A stretch of 64,000 nucleotides of DNA from assembly GCA_035583355.1 (NCBI GenBank), contig DATEZQ010000003.1:193844-257843 (forward strand), written 5' to 3'. Positions 1 through 9,965 of the stretch are shown piece after piece (the first letter of the stretch is position 1; each line of letters opens with the position of its first letter). A program made the position numbers and the translations under genes. The notes beneath the pieces were generated by a model. It saw only the letters and a program-made list of their open reading frames with translations, did not search any database and was not told the origin of the DNA. The DNA is from Minisyncoccota bacterium (lineage in GTDB: Bacteria > Patescibacteriota > Minisyncoccia > Phycocordibacterales > UBA6899).

Positions 1-1
1 G

Positions 2-352
2 TATGAGGTCATTCACGCGCGCGACGGCAATGAGGCTCGTGAAATGGCGAGGCGTTTGCATCCTGACGTACTCTTGACCGACAATCGTATGCCGGTCATT
101 GAAGGACTTACATTAATCTCCACGCTTCACCACGAGAAGGAGACAATGGATTTGCCTTGCATCTTGCTCACTAATGACGACCTTTCGCTCGAAGCGGAAA
201 AGGTAATCAATGAGATTGGGGCTCTTTATGTACCGAAAGCAGAATTTAAGACGCACATCTGGTCAGCACTTGAGACTTGTTTGCATAAGATTGGGAAGGA
301 AATTCCAGGTCCTGCGAAGGAATTCACTGCGAACTTGCTTGGAAAACAGTAG
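2..352 (+). CDS. response regulator receiver domain protein (5' partial, runs off window start)
   Basis: Frame extends to position 2. Translation ...YEVIHARDGNEAREMARRLHPDVLLTDNRMPVIEGLTLISTL has the CheY-like D..MP..G/EG receiver signature. Confidence 0.55.
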   Translation, partial: YEVIHARDGNEAREMARRLHPDVLLTDNRMPVIEGLTLISTLHHEKETMDLPCILLTNDDLSLEAEKVINEIGALYVPKAEFKTHIWSALETCLHKIGKEIPGPAKEFTANLLGKQ

Positions 353-621
353 ACAAAAAAGAACCCGCGTTGGGTTCTTTTTATATTCAAGTTTTCCACA
401 GCGAAATATAATTTTGGATGTTATACTCAAAATTCATGACCAACCCGACGCACATTTTCGTTACAACATTGCTAGGCTGTCTCCTGGGTGCAACCCATGC
501 AATTGCGGCTACAGTTCCTGCACTCGTTTTGCCATTTTAACATTCATATCTATTGAGCGTTGACGTTACCCCTTGCACATAGTAGGGTTGCGTTAGCGCT
601 TTTTTGTTCCTTGGAGGGAAT

Positions 622-1653
622 ATGGCGACGAAGCAACTCACTTTCAAATCCGGTGAAGATGAAATCACCATTTCGCTGGATGGAACCGTGGTGGCGGTCA
701 TTCGTTACTGCCTCAACAAGATCTATCAAGTCGAGCTCTCACAAAAGATCTCGAGAATACTTGAATACCAGATCCTCTGTCACGTCTATCTTCTTTCGAA
801 TGTCGATGCGGGTGAAAAGACAATGCCACTCGACGCAGTGCTCGCGCTGCCCCAGCATGAAGTGCGCAATGAATTGCGGCGTCGCGATATCGCGATGGTG
901 CGCGTTGCCTATGAGCACCTCACTGAGGCGCTTGCGGCAGTCATGAAGCGCGTTTCGCAGCAGTACCTTTCTGTGCAGGTTGTGCCACATGGGTTCAACT
1001 ATCGCGATCATGTACATCTTGTATTCGATCTGCACAGCAAGCAGGAATTCAATTTCTGGATGTGCATGTCAGTTCCGAATTCGGACGAACATGACCTTCA
1101 TGTCGTTCCCGGATATCATCCGTGCATGAATGGCAAGAAGGGTATTCACATGATCAATGGTGATACCGACCACCGTACGCATGGATATGCCGTGGTAAGA
1201 GTCGAGAGTCCTCTCGAGTCGCGGGCGGAAATGGGTAAGCATAGAGCCGCTTCCACTTGGTCGAACCTCACGCACCCCTTCTGTGCGAAAGGGAGGAGTG
1301 TCGTGGTCACCGTCCGCGAAGGCCTGCTCCGCACTAAGGATGGTGTTCGCGAACTATCACGTTTTCTTCTTGCAGCACTTGGGAAGACCGATGAGTATGT
1401 CGAAGTGAGTGGAGGCTTCAGTGCCCCGCTCAAGTGCGCTCATAATCGCCTCATCGAGAAGCGCATTCCGTCGCCATCTCAGAAGAAGCACTTTGGACAG
1501 AGCGTGCGAGGTTCAGAGCAACATTGCGTGTGGGCATATCGCACACTACTCGCCGAGGGAAAACTCGAAGGCGCTTACGTACCCAAGTGGTTTATCGAGG
1601 AGGACTGGCTCGGCATCTACAAAGGCGCCGAAGAAAAGCCTGGTCTCTACTGA
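622..1653 (+). CDS. hypothetical protein
   Basis: Long ORF. ATG at 622 follows GGAGGG. Terminator hairpin 1659-1682 lies downstream. Confidence 0.5.
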   Translation: MATKQLTFKSGEDEITISLDGTVVAVIRYCLNKIYQVELSQKISRILEYQILCHVYLLSNVDAGEKTMPLDAVLALPQHEVRNELRRRDIAMVRVAYEHLTEALAAVMKRVSQQYLSVQVVPHGFNYRDHVHLVFDLHSKQEFNFWMCMSVPNSDEHDLHVVPGYHPCMNGKKGIHMINGDTDHRTHGYAVVRVESPLESRAEMGKHRAASTWSNLTHPFCAKGRSVVVTVREGLLRTKDGVRELSRFLLAALGKTDEYVEVSGGFSAPLKCAHNRLIEKRIPSPSQKKHFGQSVRGSEQHCVWAYRTLLAEGKLEGAYVPKWFIEEDWLGIYKGAEEKPGLY

Positions 1654-1658
1654 AATAT

Positions 1659-1682
1659 AGCCCGTCTCCGGACGGGTTTTTC
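1659..1682 (+). terminator. rho-independent terminator
   Basis: Hairpin cccgtc-tccg-gacggg followed by a T-run. Confidence 0.6.
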
Positions 1683-1740
1683 TGTTGCTTTACGGAAAAG
1701 TCAGCGATGTTATATTAAAGAGAGACAACAAGGAGGCATT

Positions 1741-2112
1741 ATGTCGCTTACCCCAGGAGATGATTGTGTTGCGCTAACCTATTCTGCGCATTGGGTCTTC
1801 GACGCAAAGCACGAGGAAGACCTCAAGGCGGCGGGTGATGACCCTGCGCTCATTTCGCTCGTGAATCACCAGGCGAATATGCGGCAATACCTTGCCGCAA
1901 AGGAGCAGCTCGAAGGAAAGAAGATTACCATTGGTTATGCGCTTGATGTGCAAGGGAAGTACATCGGAGGCACATTCATGGTGTGCGAAGTGTTTCCCGA
2001 GATGAGTATGAAGCGCTCGTTCTTCACGATGTTCGCGTATCCTATGGCACCGGGGGCAGTACGACTCACTCGTCTCCATGTCATTCGTGCAACGACAATT
2101 ATGTTTTCATAA
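1741..2112 (+). CDS. hypothetical protein
   Basis: AAGGAGG at about 1730 precedes the ATG. Terminator-like hairpin acacgcgac..gtcgcgtgtttttt at 2116-2145. Confidence 0.45.
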   Translation: MSLTPGDDCVALTYSAHWVFDAKHEEDLKAAGDDPALISLVNHQANMRQYLAAKEQLEGKKITIGYALDVQGKYIGGTFMVCEVFPEMSMKRSFFTMFAYPMAPGAVRLTRLHVIRATTIMFS

Positions 2113-2236
2113 ACAATACACGCGACTCGTCGCGTGTTTTTTATTTCATGCCCCATCTTGCTTGTCTAAATGAATATTGTGCTCCATGCCCAGTATGGTA
2201 GAGTCTTGGAAGAATGTACGCTGAAAGGAGAGCTTT

Positions 2237-3022
2237 ATGTATAACGCGCGCGAAAGAGGGCGTGCGTATGCTTCACGTCCACTCTCACCAGCATTCAAGC
2301 CACATCAAGTAATCCAGAATGAAAAAGCGGAAACGCTCGCTTACGCATGTTTTTCCCATCGACATGACCTTCTCGTGCGCCGAGAGTCGACATATGCGGG
2401 TGGACCACAGGGGTGTCCGCTCATGTTCAAGGATAGGATTCTTGTAGGAAAGCAGGCATTTGAGCGGCTGCGGACTTATGGCATTGCAATCCCATTCTTT
2501 TCCTACGTCATAGCCGAGAGTACGGCGCAGCATCGCCCGTGTCTTCTTACGGTCATTGAGCGAGTTAATGGAAAGAACGTGACTGATATTGCTCCCGCAA
2601 GTAAAAAACTAGCGCGAGATGTTGAAGGAGTGTTCATACGATTCCTGAATTACCTCAAGGATACAAAGGAGTCGGGCGGTCCATTCTGGAGCGACTTCAA
2701 TATTCACCAGTTCATGTATGGCACGCTCGAAAGGGACCCCCATCCAAGGATCTATCTTGTTGATGTGGAGCCCTATGCAGGGAAGTGGCCGGCACCCGGA
2801 AGTGCTACTCCCGAGGCCGAATTGATGCTCACTCGTGGTTATCTCATGCAGCTGATGAGTGTATATTTGGGCATTGATGGATTCGAAACGCGCAATAACA
2901 ACGGAATTTTGCTGAAGCGTGCACGTGTGCTACTTGAAATTGCCGTTCGCTCTATCCCTCCTGCTCCTTTGTATAACGAATTTCGGGATAATCTCCTGCT
3001 CTTGCTTACGTGGAAGGCATGA
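2237..3022 (+). CDS. hypothetical protein
   Basis: 261 aa ORF with an AAAGGAGAG SD. Terminator 3026-3056 directly after. Confidence 0.5.
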   Translation: MYNARERGRAYASRPLSPAFKPHQVIQNEKAETLAYACFSHRHDLLVRRESTYAGGPQGCPLMFKDRILVGKQAFERLRTYGIAIPFFSYVIAESTAQHRPCLLTVIERVNGKNVTDIAPASKKLARDVEGVFIRFLNYLKDTKESGGPFWSDFNIHQFMYGTLERDPHPRIYLVDVEPYAGKWPAPGSATPEAELMLTRGYLMQLMSVYLGIDGFETRNNNGILLKRARVLLEIAVRSIPPAPLYNEFRDNLLLLLTWKA

Positions 3023-3025
3023 GAG

Positions 3026-3056
3026 AGCACCAAGGTCGATCCTTGGTGCTTTTTTG
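3026..3056 (+). terminator. rho-independent terminator
   Basis: Hairpin agcaccaagg-tcgat-ccttggtgct followed by TTTTTT. Confidence 0.65.
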
Positions 3057-3075
3057 TATACGAAGGGGTAGACTC

Positions 3076-3103
3076 TTGATTTTTTGCGTATTTGCGCTAT
3101 AGT
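3076..3103 (+). promoter_or_regulatory. sigma70-like promoter upstream of fusA
   Basis: TTGATT, 16 nt spacer, TATAGT, about 85 nt before the fusA ATG. Confidence 0.4.
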
Positions 3104-3188
3104 TGGCCCATTACTCACGAGTTTTGGAGTTTTTTGGGCTCCCGAACTTTGCGACATCGTCGCAGCATTAATTGTTAAGATAATTTTT

Positions 3189-5336
3189 ATGGATCAATCG
3201 TATCCGCTCGAGAAAACTCGAAACTTCGGAATCATTGCGCACATCGACGCAGGCAAGACGACAACGTCAGAGCGTGTGCTCTTTTATACTGGTGAGTCTC
3301 ACAAGATTGGTGAGGTGCACGAGGGAGCAACGGTCATGGACTGGATGGAGCAGGAGCGTGAGCGCGGTATTACGATTACCTCTGCTGCGACCACTGCGTT
3401 TTGGACTCCAACCTACGCAGACAAGAAGGATGCTGAGAAGAAGTTCCGCTTCAATCTCATCGACACTCCTGGACACATCGACTTCACCATCGAGGTGAAG
3501 CGTTCTCTTCGCGTCTTGGACGGTGCAGTTGTCGTCTTCGACGGCGTTGCTGGTGTCGAGCCACAGTCAGAGACCAACTGGCGTTATGCTGACGATGGAA
3601 AGGTGCCACGTATCTGTTTCATCAACAAACTCGATCGTATGGGTGCATCATTTGAGCGTTCATACCAGAGTATCTTGAATCGCCTCACGAAGAATGCAGT
3701 GCGCATGCAGATTCCTGTTGGCGAGGAGGAGAATGTTTCTGGTGTCATCGATCTCTTTGAGCGCGTTTACTACACGTTCGAGGGAAACATGGGAAATACA
3801 CTCGTGAAGCACGAAGTTCCTGCAGAGTACAAGGATGATGTCGAGAAGTACCGTGGTGAGCTCATTGAGGCAGTTGTTGCCCAGGATGAGGCACTCATGG
3901 AGAAGTATCTCGAGGGTGTTGAGCCAACGATGGAGGAGTTCAAGAGGGTGATGCGTAAGGCAGTTATCGCGAACAAGATTATCCCAGTGTACACTGGTAC
4001 TGCTCTCAAGAATAAGGGTGTACAGCTCGTGCTCGACGCAGTCGTCGATTTCCTTCCAAGCCCACTTGATATCCCACCTACAAAGGGTATTGATCCAAAC
4101 ACTGATCAGGACATCACTCGTCTTGCATCGAACGATGAGCCATTCGCCGCACTCGCATTCAAGGTTGCTGCAGATCCATTCGTGGGTCAGCTCACCTTCT
4201 TCCGTGTGTACTCAGGAAAGCTTGAGGCAGGTTCATACGTCTACAATGCAACGAAGGGAAAGAAAGAGCGTATCAGTCGTATCGTGCGTATGCATGCAAA
4301 CGACCGTGAGGAAGTGAAGACTGTGTACGCGGGAGAGATCGCAGCTGCGGTCGGTCTCAAGGACACCTTCACCTCAGATACACTTTGTGATGAGGATAAG
4401 CCAATCATCCTTGAGCGTATCGTTATCCCTGAGCCAGTCATCTCGATGCGTATCGAGCCAAAGACAAAGGCAGATCAGGAGAAGATGGGTGTTGCGCTCT
4501 CACGCCTTGTTGCGGAAGATCCTACATTCCGTGTTACTACCGATGAGGAGACAGGTGAGACAATCATCTGGGGAATGGGAGAGCTTCACCTCGACATCAT
4601 CGTCGATCGTATGAAGCGTGAGTTCAACGTGGAGTGTACAACCGGCAAGCCACAGGTGGCATTCCGTGAGACCATTCAGGGTTCTGCTGAGCAGAATGAG
4701 AAGTACTTGAAGCAGTCAGGTGGTAAGGGACAGTACGGTCACGTAGTGATCCGTATCAAGCCTATGGAGCCACTCGCAGAGGGTGCAACCGTTCCAAAGA
4801 ACGTCACACGCGAAGCAGACTTCGAGTTCATCAACAACATTAAGGGCGGTGCAATTCCTCAGGAATTCATCCCCGCAATTCTTAAGGGTGTGCGCGAGGG
4901 TCTCGATCGCGGTGTCGTCGCAGGTTTCCGCCTCGTCAACGTTTCAATCGAGCTCTTCGATGGTTCATACCATGATGTCGACTCATCAGAAATCGCCTTC
5001 AAGATTGCTGCATCGATGGCTGTTCGCGAGGCTGCTCGCAAGTCACGTCCAGTGATCCTTGAGCCAATGATGTCAGTGGAAGCAATCTTCCCTGATGAGT
5101 TCATGGGTGATGTTTCGGGTAACCTTTCATCACGTCGTGGACAGATTAGCTCAATGGGTGAGCGAGGTATGAACAAGGTGCTTACTGCACTCGTTCCACT
5201 TTCAGAAATGTTTGGATACGCAACAACATTGCGCTCAATGACACAGGGTCGTGGTACGTTCACCATGACATTCCAGGAGTATGCTCCGGTGCCTGCCAAC
5301 ATCGAAAAGGATATTGTTGCATCACGCGCAAAGTAA
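3189..5336 (+). CDS. fusA: translation elongation factor G
   Basis: [35 protein letters not shown]... G-domain motifs [14 protein letters not shown] and NKLD. Start moved to the ATG at 3189 (the ORF track begins at 3084). Confidence 0.95.
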   Translation: MDQSYPLEKTRNFGIIAHIDAGKTTTSERVLFYTGESHKIGEVHEGATVMDWMEQERERGITITSAATTAFWTPTYADKKDAEKKFRFNLIDTPGHIDFTIEVKRSLRVLDGAVVVFDGVAGVEPQSETNWRYADDGKVPRICFINKLDRMGASFERSYQSILNRLTKNAVRMQIPVGEEENVSGVIDLFERVYYTFEGNMGNTLVKHEVPAEYKDDVEKYRGELIEAVVAQDEALMEKYLEGVEPTMEEFKRVMRKAVIANKIIPVYTGTALKNKGVQLVLDAVVDFLPSPLDIPPTKGIDPNTDQDITRLASNDEPFAALAFKVAADPFVGQLTFFRVYSGKLEAGSYVYNATKGKKERISRIVRMHANDREEVKTVYAGEIAAAVGLKDTFTSDTLCDEDKPIILERIVIPEPVISMRIEPKTKADQEKMGVALSRLVAEDPTFRVTTDEETGETIIWGMGELHLDIIVDRMKREFNVECTTGKPQVAFRETIQGSAEQNEKYLKQSGGKGQYGHVVIRIKPMEPLAEGATVPKNVTREADFEFINNIKGGAIPQEFIPAILKGVREGLDRGVVAGFRLVNVSIELFDGSYHDVDSSEIAFKIAASMAVREAARKSRPVILEPMMSVEAIFPDEFMGDVSGNLSSRRGQISSMGERGMNKVLTALVPLSEMFGYATTLRSMTQGRGTFTMTFQEYAPVPANIEKDIVASRAK

Positions 5337-5406
5337 GAACGCCCCTTCGGGGACCAGGCGTTCTTGCCCGTAGATGTCTCGCCTCCGCGAGCCATATCAA
5401 CTCAAG
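5335..5406 (+). repeat. conserved ~70 nt two-hairpin module (copy 1; copy 2 at 58496-58567)
   Basis: aagaacgccccttcggggaccaggcgttcttgcccgtagatgtctcgcctccgcgagccatatcaactca matches 58496-58567 apart from a few substitutions, one of them compensatory within a hairpin. Confidence 0.7.
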
Positions 5407-5465
5407 CAAAAACCACCATCAATGCATGGTGGTTTTTGCTCTTTCGGGTAAATCTTCATATTTTG

Positions 5466-5550
5466 GCGACCTTGCCCTCACGCTTCGGCATGCGACTCGC
5501 TCACCGTACTCCATGTACGGCTCGCTAGAGTTCGCACGCCTCCAGCGAGG
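5466..5550 (+). repeat. intergenic repeat family copy A (downstream of fusA)
   Basis: Shares cctcacgcttcg, a GTAC-core palindrome, ctcgctagagttcgcacgcctcc and tccagcgagg with the copies at 15575-15637, 19043-19265 and 45462-45545. Confidence 0.65.
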
Positions 5551-5816
5551 GCAATCTCATCCCAAATCTGAAATTTATCGTTCAAATAAAAACGCCCCTC
5601 GGCGTTTTTATTTTTCAAGATTTGCTGAAGCGCTATGACCTTGCTATTTTATTGTACTCGATAAAATGGAAAGGGGCCGGGAAAACAGCAGTTTTCCCGT
5701 GGAGGAAGGCAGTGAGTCTTCGAGCGCCCTGAACCGTGGGTTTCCGAGGAGCAATATTCCTCGCGGTTTCATTGTTTGTTATAAGTAAAAACGCCCCACG
5801 GCGTTTTTGGGGAGGT

Positions 5817-6338
5817 CTAGCGGCCAGAAAAATCTTGGGTATAGATTGCGCACTTGTAAGCGCCAGGGCTACTGATGACGGTGGGGTCTGCGAAGTCTCC
5901 GTTTGGGAGACAGAGCGACATGGTGTCGGACAAATATCCCGTTTGTAGTTTATACCCCGCACCATTTGAAGCATAGTGATAGCCTTCCGTTACGCCTACT
6001 CCCGCACAGCCACTGGGGTCGATTGGCAGTATGGGGATGAATTCGGGTGCAAGGTCGGGGATGAACCCATTGCTTCCCGAGCGGTCGAGTCCCCAAGGGC
6101 CATCACCGGGATTTTTGCAAACACTAAGCCACATATTGGATGTGTTTGGGTAGGTATTGTATTTGTCTTTGTAGAGTTCGAGTGCCGTGTTGAGCTGCTT
6201 GAAGTCGCTGTAGCGTCTTGCGACACGCGCTTTCATGCGTGCACTGCTCAGTGCAGCCAGGATGACACTCGAAAGAAGTCCGATAATCGCAATCACAACC
6301 AAGAGTTCAATGAGAGTGAATCCTTTTTGATGTTTCAT
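5817..6338 (-). CDS. type IV pilin-like protein (prepilin-type N-terminal cleavage/methylation domain)
   Basis: MKHQKG|FTLIELLVVIAIIGLLSSVILAALS class III signal with conserved E5. Start taken at the M preceding the pilin leader. Confidence 0.8.
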   Translation of the reverse strand: MKHQKGFTLIELLVVIAIIGLLSSVILAALSSARMKARVARRYSDFKQLNTALELYKDKYNTYPNTSNMWLSVCKNPGDGPWGLDRSGSNGFIPDLAPEFIPILPIDPSGCAGVGVTEGYHYASNGAGYKLQTGYLSDTMSLCLPNGDFADPTVISSPGAYKCAIYTQDFSGR

Positions 6339-6448
6339 CAACGTATTATAGGTCAAAAACATATTTGAAGATACGGACAATTTCGTAAGTTTAATTGCTT
6401 ATACTCCTCAGTAGTTCGAATGTTGTTGAGTGTGAGTAGGGAGTCAAT

Positions 6449-6949
6449 CTAGAGGAGAAGCTTGCCGAGGCGGCCGTCGAAGACATTTGTACCTTGGCCG
6501 TCACGTGCGGTGACTTGGGAGGCGGGGAGAAGGTTGATGTAGGCTCTCCTTGGGTTGGTGCGGGCGAAGTAGATGTCGACGAACTGATATGAGCCAAAGC
6601 TCAGTCCTTTGGTGGTGCCTCGCACGATGTTAATGACACCTCGTTCTTGTTGGTTCGGTACAGCCATCTGAAAGTCAGAGTTCGCTGCATCGAAGTGATC
6701 TATTTTGAGTGCATCACTGTCGTAGGCGAGGACAAGCTCGGCGGCATTGATTACTGCATCTTCTGTTGAGATTGATATGCGCACATGCGTCAGCATGATG
6801 TCTCCGGTGTCATCAAGTTGCTGCATGTCGATGCTTGCATAATCTCGCGCCGCAAGTGCAAGGGATGGAAGAGCACCGCTGAATATTGCCATGAATACAA
6901 AACTCACGAAAAGACGTTGTACGCGAATACGTGAATGGAGGTGTAGCAT
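6449..6949 (-). CDS. hypothetical secreted protein
   Basis: N-terminal signal-like segment LFVSFVFMAIFSGALPSLALAA. Start chosen at the internal M. Co-directional with the upstream pilin gene. Confidence 0.45.
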   Translation of the reverse strand: MLHLHSRIRVQRLFVSFVFMAIFSGALPSLALAARDYASIDMQQLDDTGDIMLTHVRISISTEDAVINAAELVLAYDSDALKIDHFDAANSDFQMAVPNQQERGVINIVRGTTKGLSFGSYQFVDIYFARTNPRRAYINLLPASQVTARDGQGTNVFDGRLGKLLL

Positions 6950-7282
6950 AATTCGAATGAAGTATGAATTGTATAAAGAAAAACCATCGCTTAGGATGAG
7001 TCGAGAGATGTAGCACGTGTATGCGTGATACAAGGGTGACCGGTTACGCCAGTAGCTCCGCACGGTTCAGGCGTCCAAATAAGAACCGCGTTTCATTGCT
7101 TCCACCTAAGTATGTATAGTGAATTATGGTTTGCATTTTAAGTCAAGCATTTTATACTTGACTAATATAATTGTAAGTGTCATATGGGTTGTCCTAGGGC
7201 AGGTGCACAAATTCGATATTGTTCTCGTTGCATTTCTGTTTGGTTGTTGTAGTGTAACTTCAGAAAAGTATATGGAGATTCT

Positions 7283-8311
7283 ATGTGCGTGTGTGAAAAG
7301 TATCCCGAGGTCTTGCTCTCTGTGCAAAGCGTCCAAAAACTCGCGCGAGCTGATGGTTTGAGGAACGCGTCAATTGTGCGCAGAGTACTGATTGACGATC
7401 GTCCGGTTGTGCTCGTGCAAGCTTGGAATAAATACAATCAAAAAGTTCACCTCTTGCTTTGCCCTGGTGATGTCTGCTATCGCAAAGAACTGCAGGTGCT
7501 TCCGAGCGGCGAAAAAGTCCTGACTCGCATCATAGAGGACACATACAAGTGCCAACGCAAAGAAGAACTTCGAAAACAGATTCGTACTGAAGTTGAAGCT
7601 GCGTATCGGAAGGGGAAACTCTCTTATGATCCAGTGCGACTCATTATGAATATGTTTGAGCGCGTTTCTGCGGGGGAGTATCTTGGAGAGTTCAGCCCCG
7701 GCATTATTTACGTTCAAGAAGTCGCAGAGATGCTGAATCGAATATTTCTTTCAAAGCCAGGAATTCTGGGAGCAAAGTCGTTCTGTAGTTTTAAGGAACG
7801 CAAAAAGCGTTTTGCGAACGATCGGCCACCATTCTTCCTTAGTCTTGGTTTTCCGCTCGAAAAGATCATGGGAAAACTTAGGGTCGATAATTCGCTTGCG
7901 TATGCTCCGCTCACGAACGAGGAGTGTCGTACTGCTGCATTTTTCGAAGATACGCTTGCGCTTATCGAACGTCTTGTGGAGCAGAAGAAATTGGGCCTAC
8001 ATGGAATGATTCTCTGTGCCCCTTACCCCGAGGAGACGCCTGATCAAGAGCGTATATTGCTCGAGGAAAATCACAGTGCGCTGCTCTATGCGCGCGTGGA
8101 AGGGATGCATGTCTTCCAGGTGCAGCGTCATTATAATCCTGAGTTCGCGTCCCTCTGCGTTTTCAGGCAGCAAGGTGAGACGCGTGCAAAGATTGTCGCT
8201 GTGAAGAAGGTGCACCTCTCCTTTGGTGCCATATTCGGGCCAGATGTTTCGGATGTGGAATACTGGAGTGAGTGTTTCTCTTACTTCCTGTTGCATGGTC
8301 GTTTGAAATAG
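7283..8311 (+). CDS. hypothetical protein
   Basis: 342 aa ORF. Terminator hairpin ggggcacctcggtgcccc+T at 8317-8345. Confidence 0.5.
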   Translation: MCVCEKYPEVLLSVQSVQKLARADGLRNASIVRRVLIDDRPVVLVQAWNKYNQKVHLLLCPGDVCYRKELQVLPSGEKVLTRIIEDTYKCQRKEELRKQIRTEVEAAYRKGKLSYDPVRLIMNMFERVSAGEYLGEFSPGIIYVQEVAEMLNRIFLSKPGILGAKSFCSFKERKKRFANDRPPFFLSLGFPLEKIMGKLRVDNSLAYAPLTNEECRTAAFFEDTLALIERLVEQKKLGLHGMILCAPYPEETPDQERILLEENHSALLYARVEGMHVFQVQRHYNPEFASLCVFRQQGETRAKIVAVKKVHLSFGAIFGPDVSDVEYWSECFSYFLLHGRLK

Positions 8312-8428
8312 AAAGATGGGGCACCTCGGTGCCCCTTTTCGTTAGTATCTTCAATAACTGATTTCCTTGACAGGTGTCAATATTTTATGTAGTTTAAAAA
8401 CAGTAAAGCTCAAAGAAAGGGGGTCGGT

Positions 8429-8851
8429 ATGTCCAATACCAGCGCACTTTCCCCCGACGTCCTTTCGTATCTCGAAAGTATTCGTGGGGCTCCGTGCTAT
8501 CTTGAACGTTTCCTCTCTTGTCCTGATTTCAAATTCATGCGAGAAATCGCAAAGGACTTTGGCGGTATTGAAATTGCCCTCCCGAATACGCACTACACGT
8601 TTATGCTTAACGTGTATGGTGTCATCATGTTCCAACCTTCGGGCGACTATGGGTATGGTGTCACCGTCAGAGGTGTGGACGAGGATAGTGCTACTCATGA
8701 GGCGAGGGTGCGAGAGTTTCTCTCTGCGGTGCGGAAGTCCATTTATCCCGAAACGGATAGCGCATGGTGTGCATCTGTCGTTGTGCAAGCATGTTACTCC
8801 GCGATCACTGCTCGCGTGGGAAATGCCATAAAACGTAGCGTTCGTGAATGA
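8429..8851 (+). CDS. hypothetical protein
   Basis: GGGGGTCGGT SD-like sequence before the ATG. Terminator 8857-8884 after. Confidence 0.45.
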   Translation: MSNTSALSPDVLSYLESIRGAPCYLERFLSCPDFKFMREIAKDFGGIEIALPNTHYTFMLNVYGVIMFQPSGDYGYGVTVRGVDEDSATHEARVREFLSAVRKSIYPETDSAWCASVVVQACYSAITARVGNAIKRSVRE

Positions 8852-8912
8852 TGTGAAGCGCCGACCTGGTCGGCGCTTTTTTGTTGCTTTACCCCTCTGG
8901 TATAATACTAAT

Positions 8913-9935
8913 ATGATCGAATCCTTACATAACCATACGACGGCGTCCGACGGCAGACTTTCTCATAAAGAATTATTTAGCCTCGCAGAGCAGCTCGGAG
9001 TTGGAGTACTTGCATATACTGATCATGATGCACTTCCTGATGATAATGCACTAAAGTTTCTTGAGTCGGTGCGTGATCGGAAGACGAAGTGGATCATTGG
9101 GATGGAAATCACCGCGTCACTCCCCGATGAGTGTTACGGTCACACAGGTACGATTCATGTGGTCGGACTATTCCTTGATCCACACAACGAAGCACTTCGT
9201 GAGCATGCACGCAAGGCACAGGAGGCACGCATTGAGCGCATGCAAATAATCGTACGCAAGTTGAGTGACTTAGGTTTCATGATTTCTGAGCAAGACTGCC
9301 TCAAGGAGAGTGGTGGTGAGTCTGTAGGTCGTGTCCATATTGCAGCTGCGCTCGAGTCGCATCCGGAGAATGGCGCAGTGCTCCAGCACTTGATGCTTCA
9401 GATGGAAGTTGCTGGTCGCACTGATAAGCGTATCGGTGACAAATATGCCCGTATGATTGCAATAGGCCCGCGGCAATATATATATGATGTATGCCTTTCT
9501 CCTGATGCATTCAAACCCGCATATGTTGAGGCGCGTTATACCCCAGATATTGATGAAGCAACGACGCTCATTCGTCATGCGGGAGGTATGTCATTCATCG
9601 CACATTACTCGTACGAGCGAAAGAAGCTGCCGATGGAGACGGTACGCGCATTGCTTCGAGAGAATCGCGTTGATGGAGTAGAGGTCGTTTATGGTGCGGG
9701 GATGAAGAATACAAGTGAAGCTGCGACATTCGAAGAAGATAAGATTGCGCTACGTACACTCTGTACGTTGTATGGCAGGCAGATCTCGGGAGGAGCTGAT
9801 GCGCATTCCACTGAAGACCTCGAGCGTTACGCTGCAGATAAATCTTTCTCTGGAGAGAGTAAGGGATTGGCTGCAAAGATCATTGCTACTGGTCAGGTGG
9901 AGGTGCGTAATTCATCAATCACTATTACATCATAA
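8913..9935 (+). CDS. PHP-domain phosphoesterase
   Basis: MIESLHNHTTASDGRLSHKELFSLAEQLGVGVLAYTDHD is a PHP (polymerase and histidinol phosphatase) N-terminal His/Asp motif. TATAAT directly upstream. Confidence 0.7.
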   Translation: MIESLHNHTTASDGRLSHKELFSLAEQLGVGVLAYTDHDALPDDNALKFLESVRDRKTKWIIGMEITASLPDECYGHTGTIHVVGLFLDPHNEALREHARKAQEARIERMQIIVRKLSDLGFMISEQDCLKESGGESVGRVHIAAALESHPENGAVLQHLMLQMEVAGRTDKRIGDKYARMIAIGPRQYIYDVCLSPDAFKPAYVEARYTPDIDEATTLIRHAGGMSFIAHYSYERKKLPMETVRALLRENRVDGVEVVYGAGMKNTSEAATFEEDKIALRTLCTLYGRQISGGADAHSTEDLERYAADKSFSGESKGLAAKIIATGQVEVRNSSITITS

Positions 9936-9965
9936 AGAAAATCGCCACCCTAAGGTGGCGAGTTT

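Noticed and set aside
3084-3188. ORF-track N-terminal extension of fusA ([11 protein letters not shown]...)
   Set aside because: EF-G conservation begins at MDQSYPLEK (ATG 3189). The extension overlaps the predicted promoter and has no homology.
5426-5974. ORFs 5426-5638 (+), 5633-5974 (-) and 5736-5948 (+)
   Set aside because: They cover the repeat element, terminators and the 3' end of the pilin gene. They are spurious.
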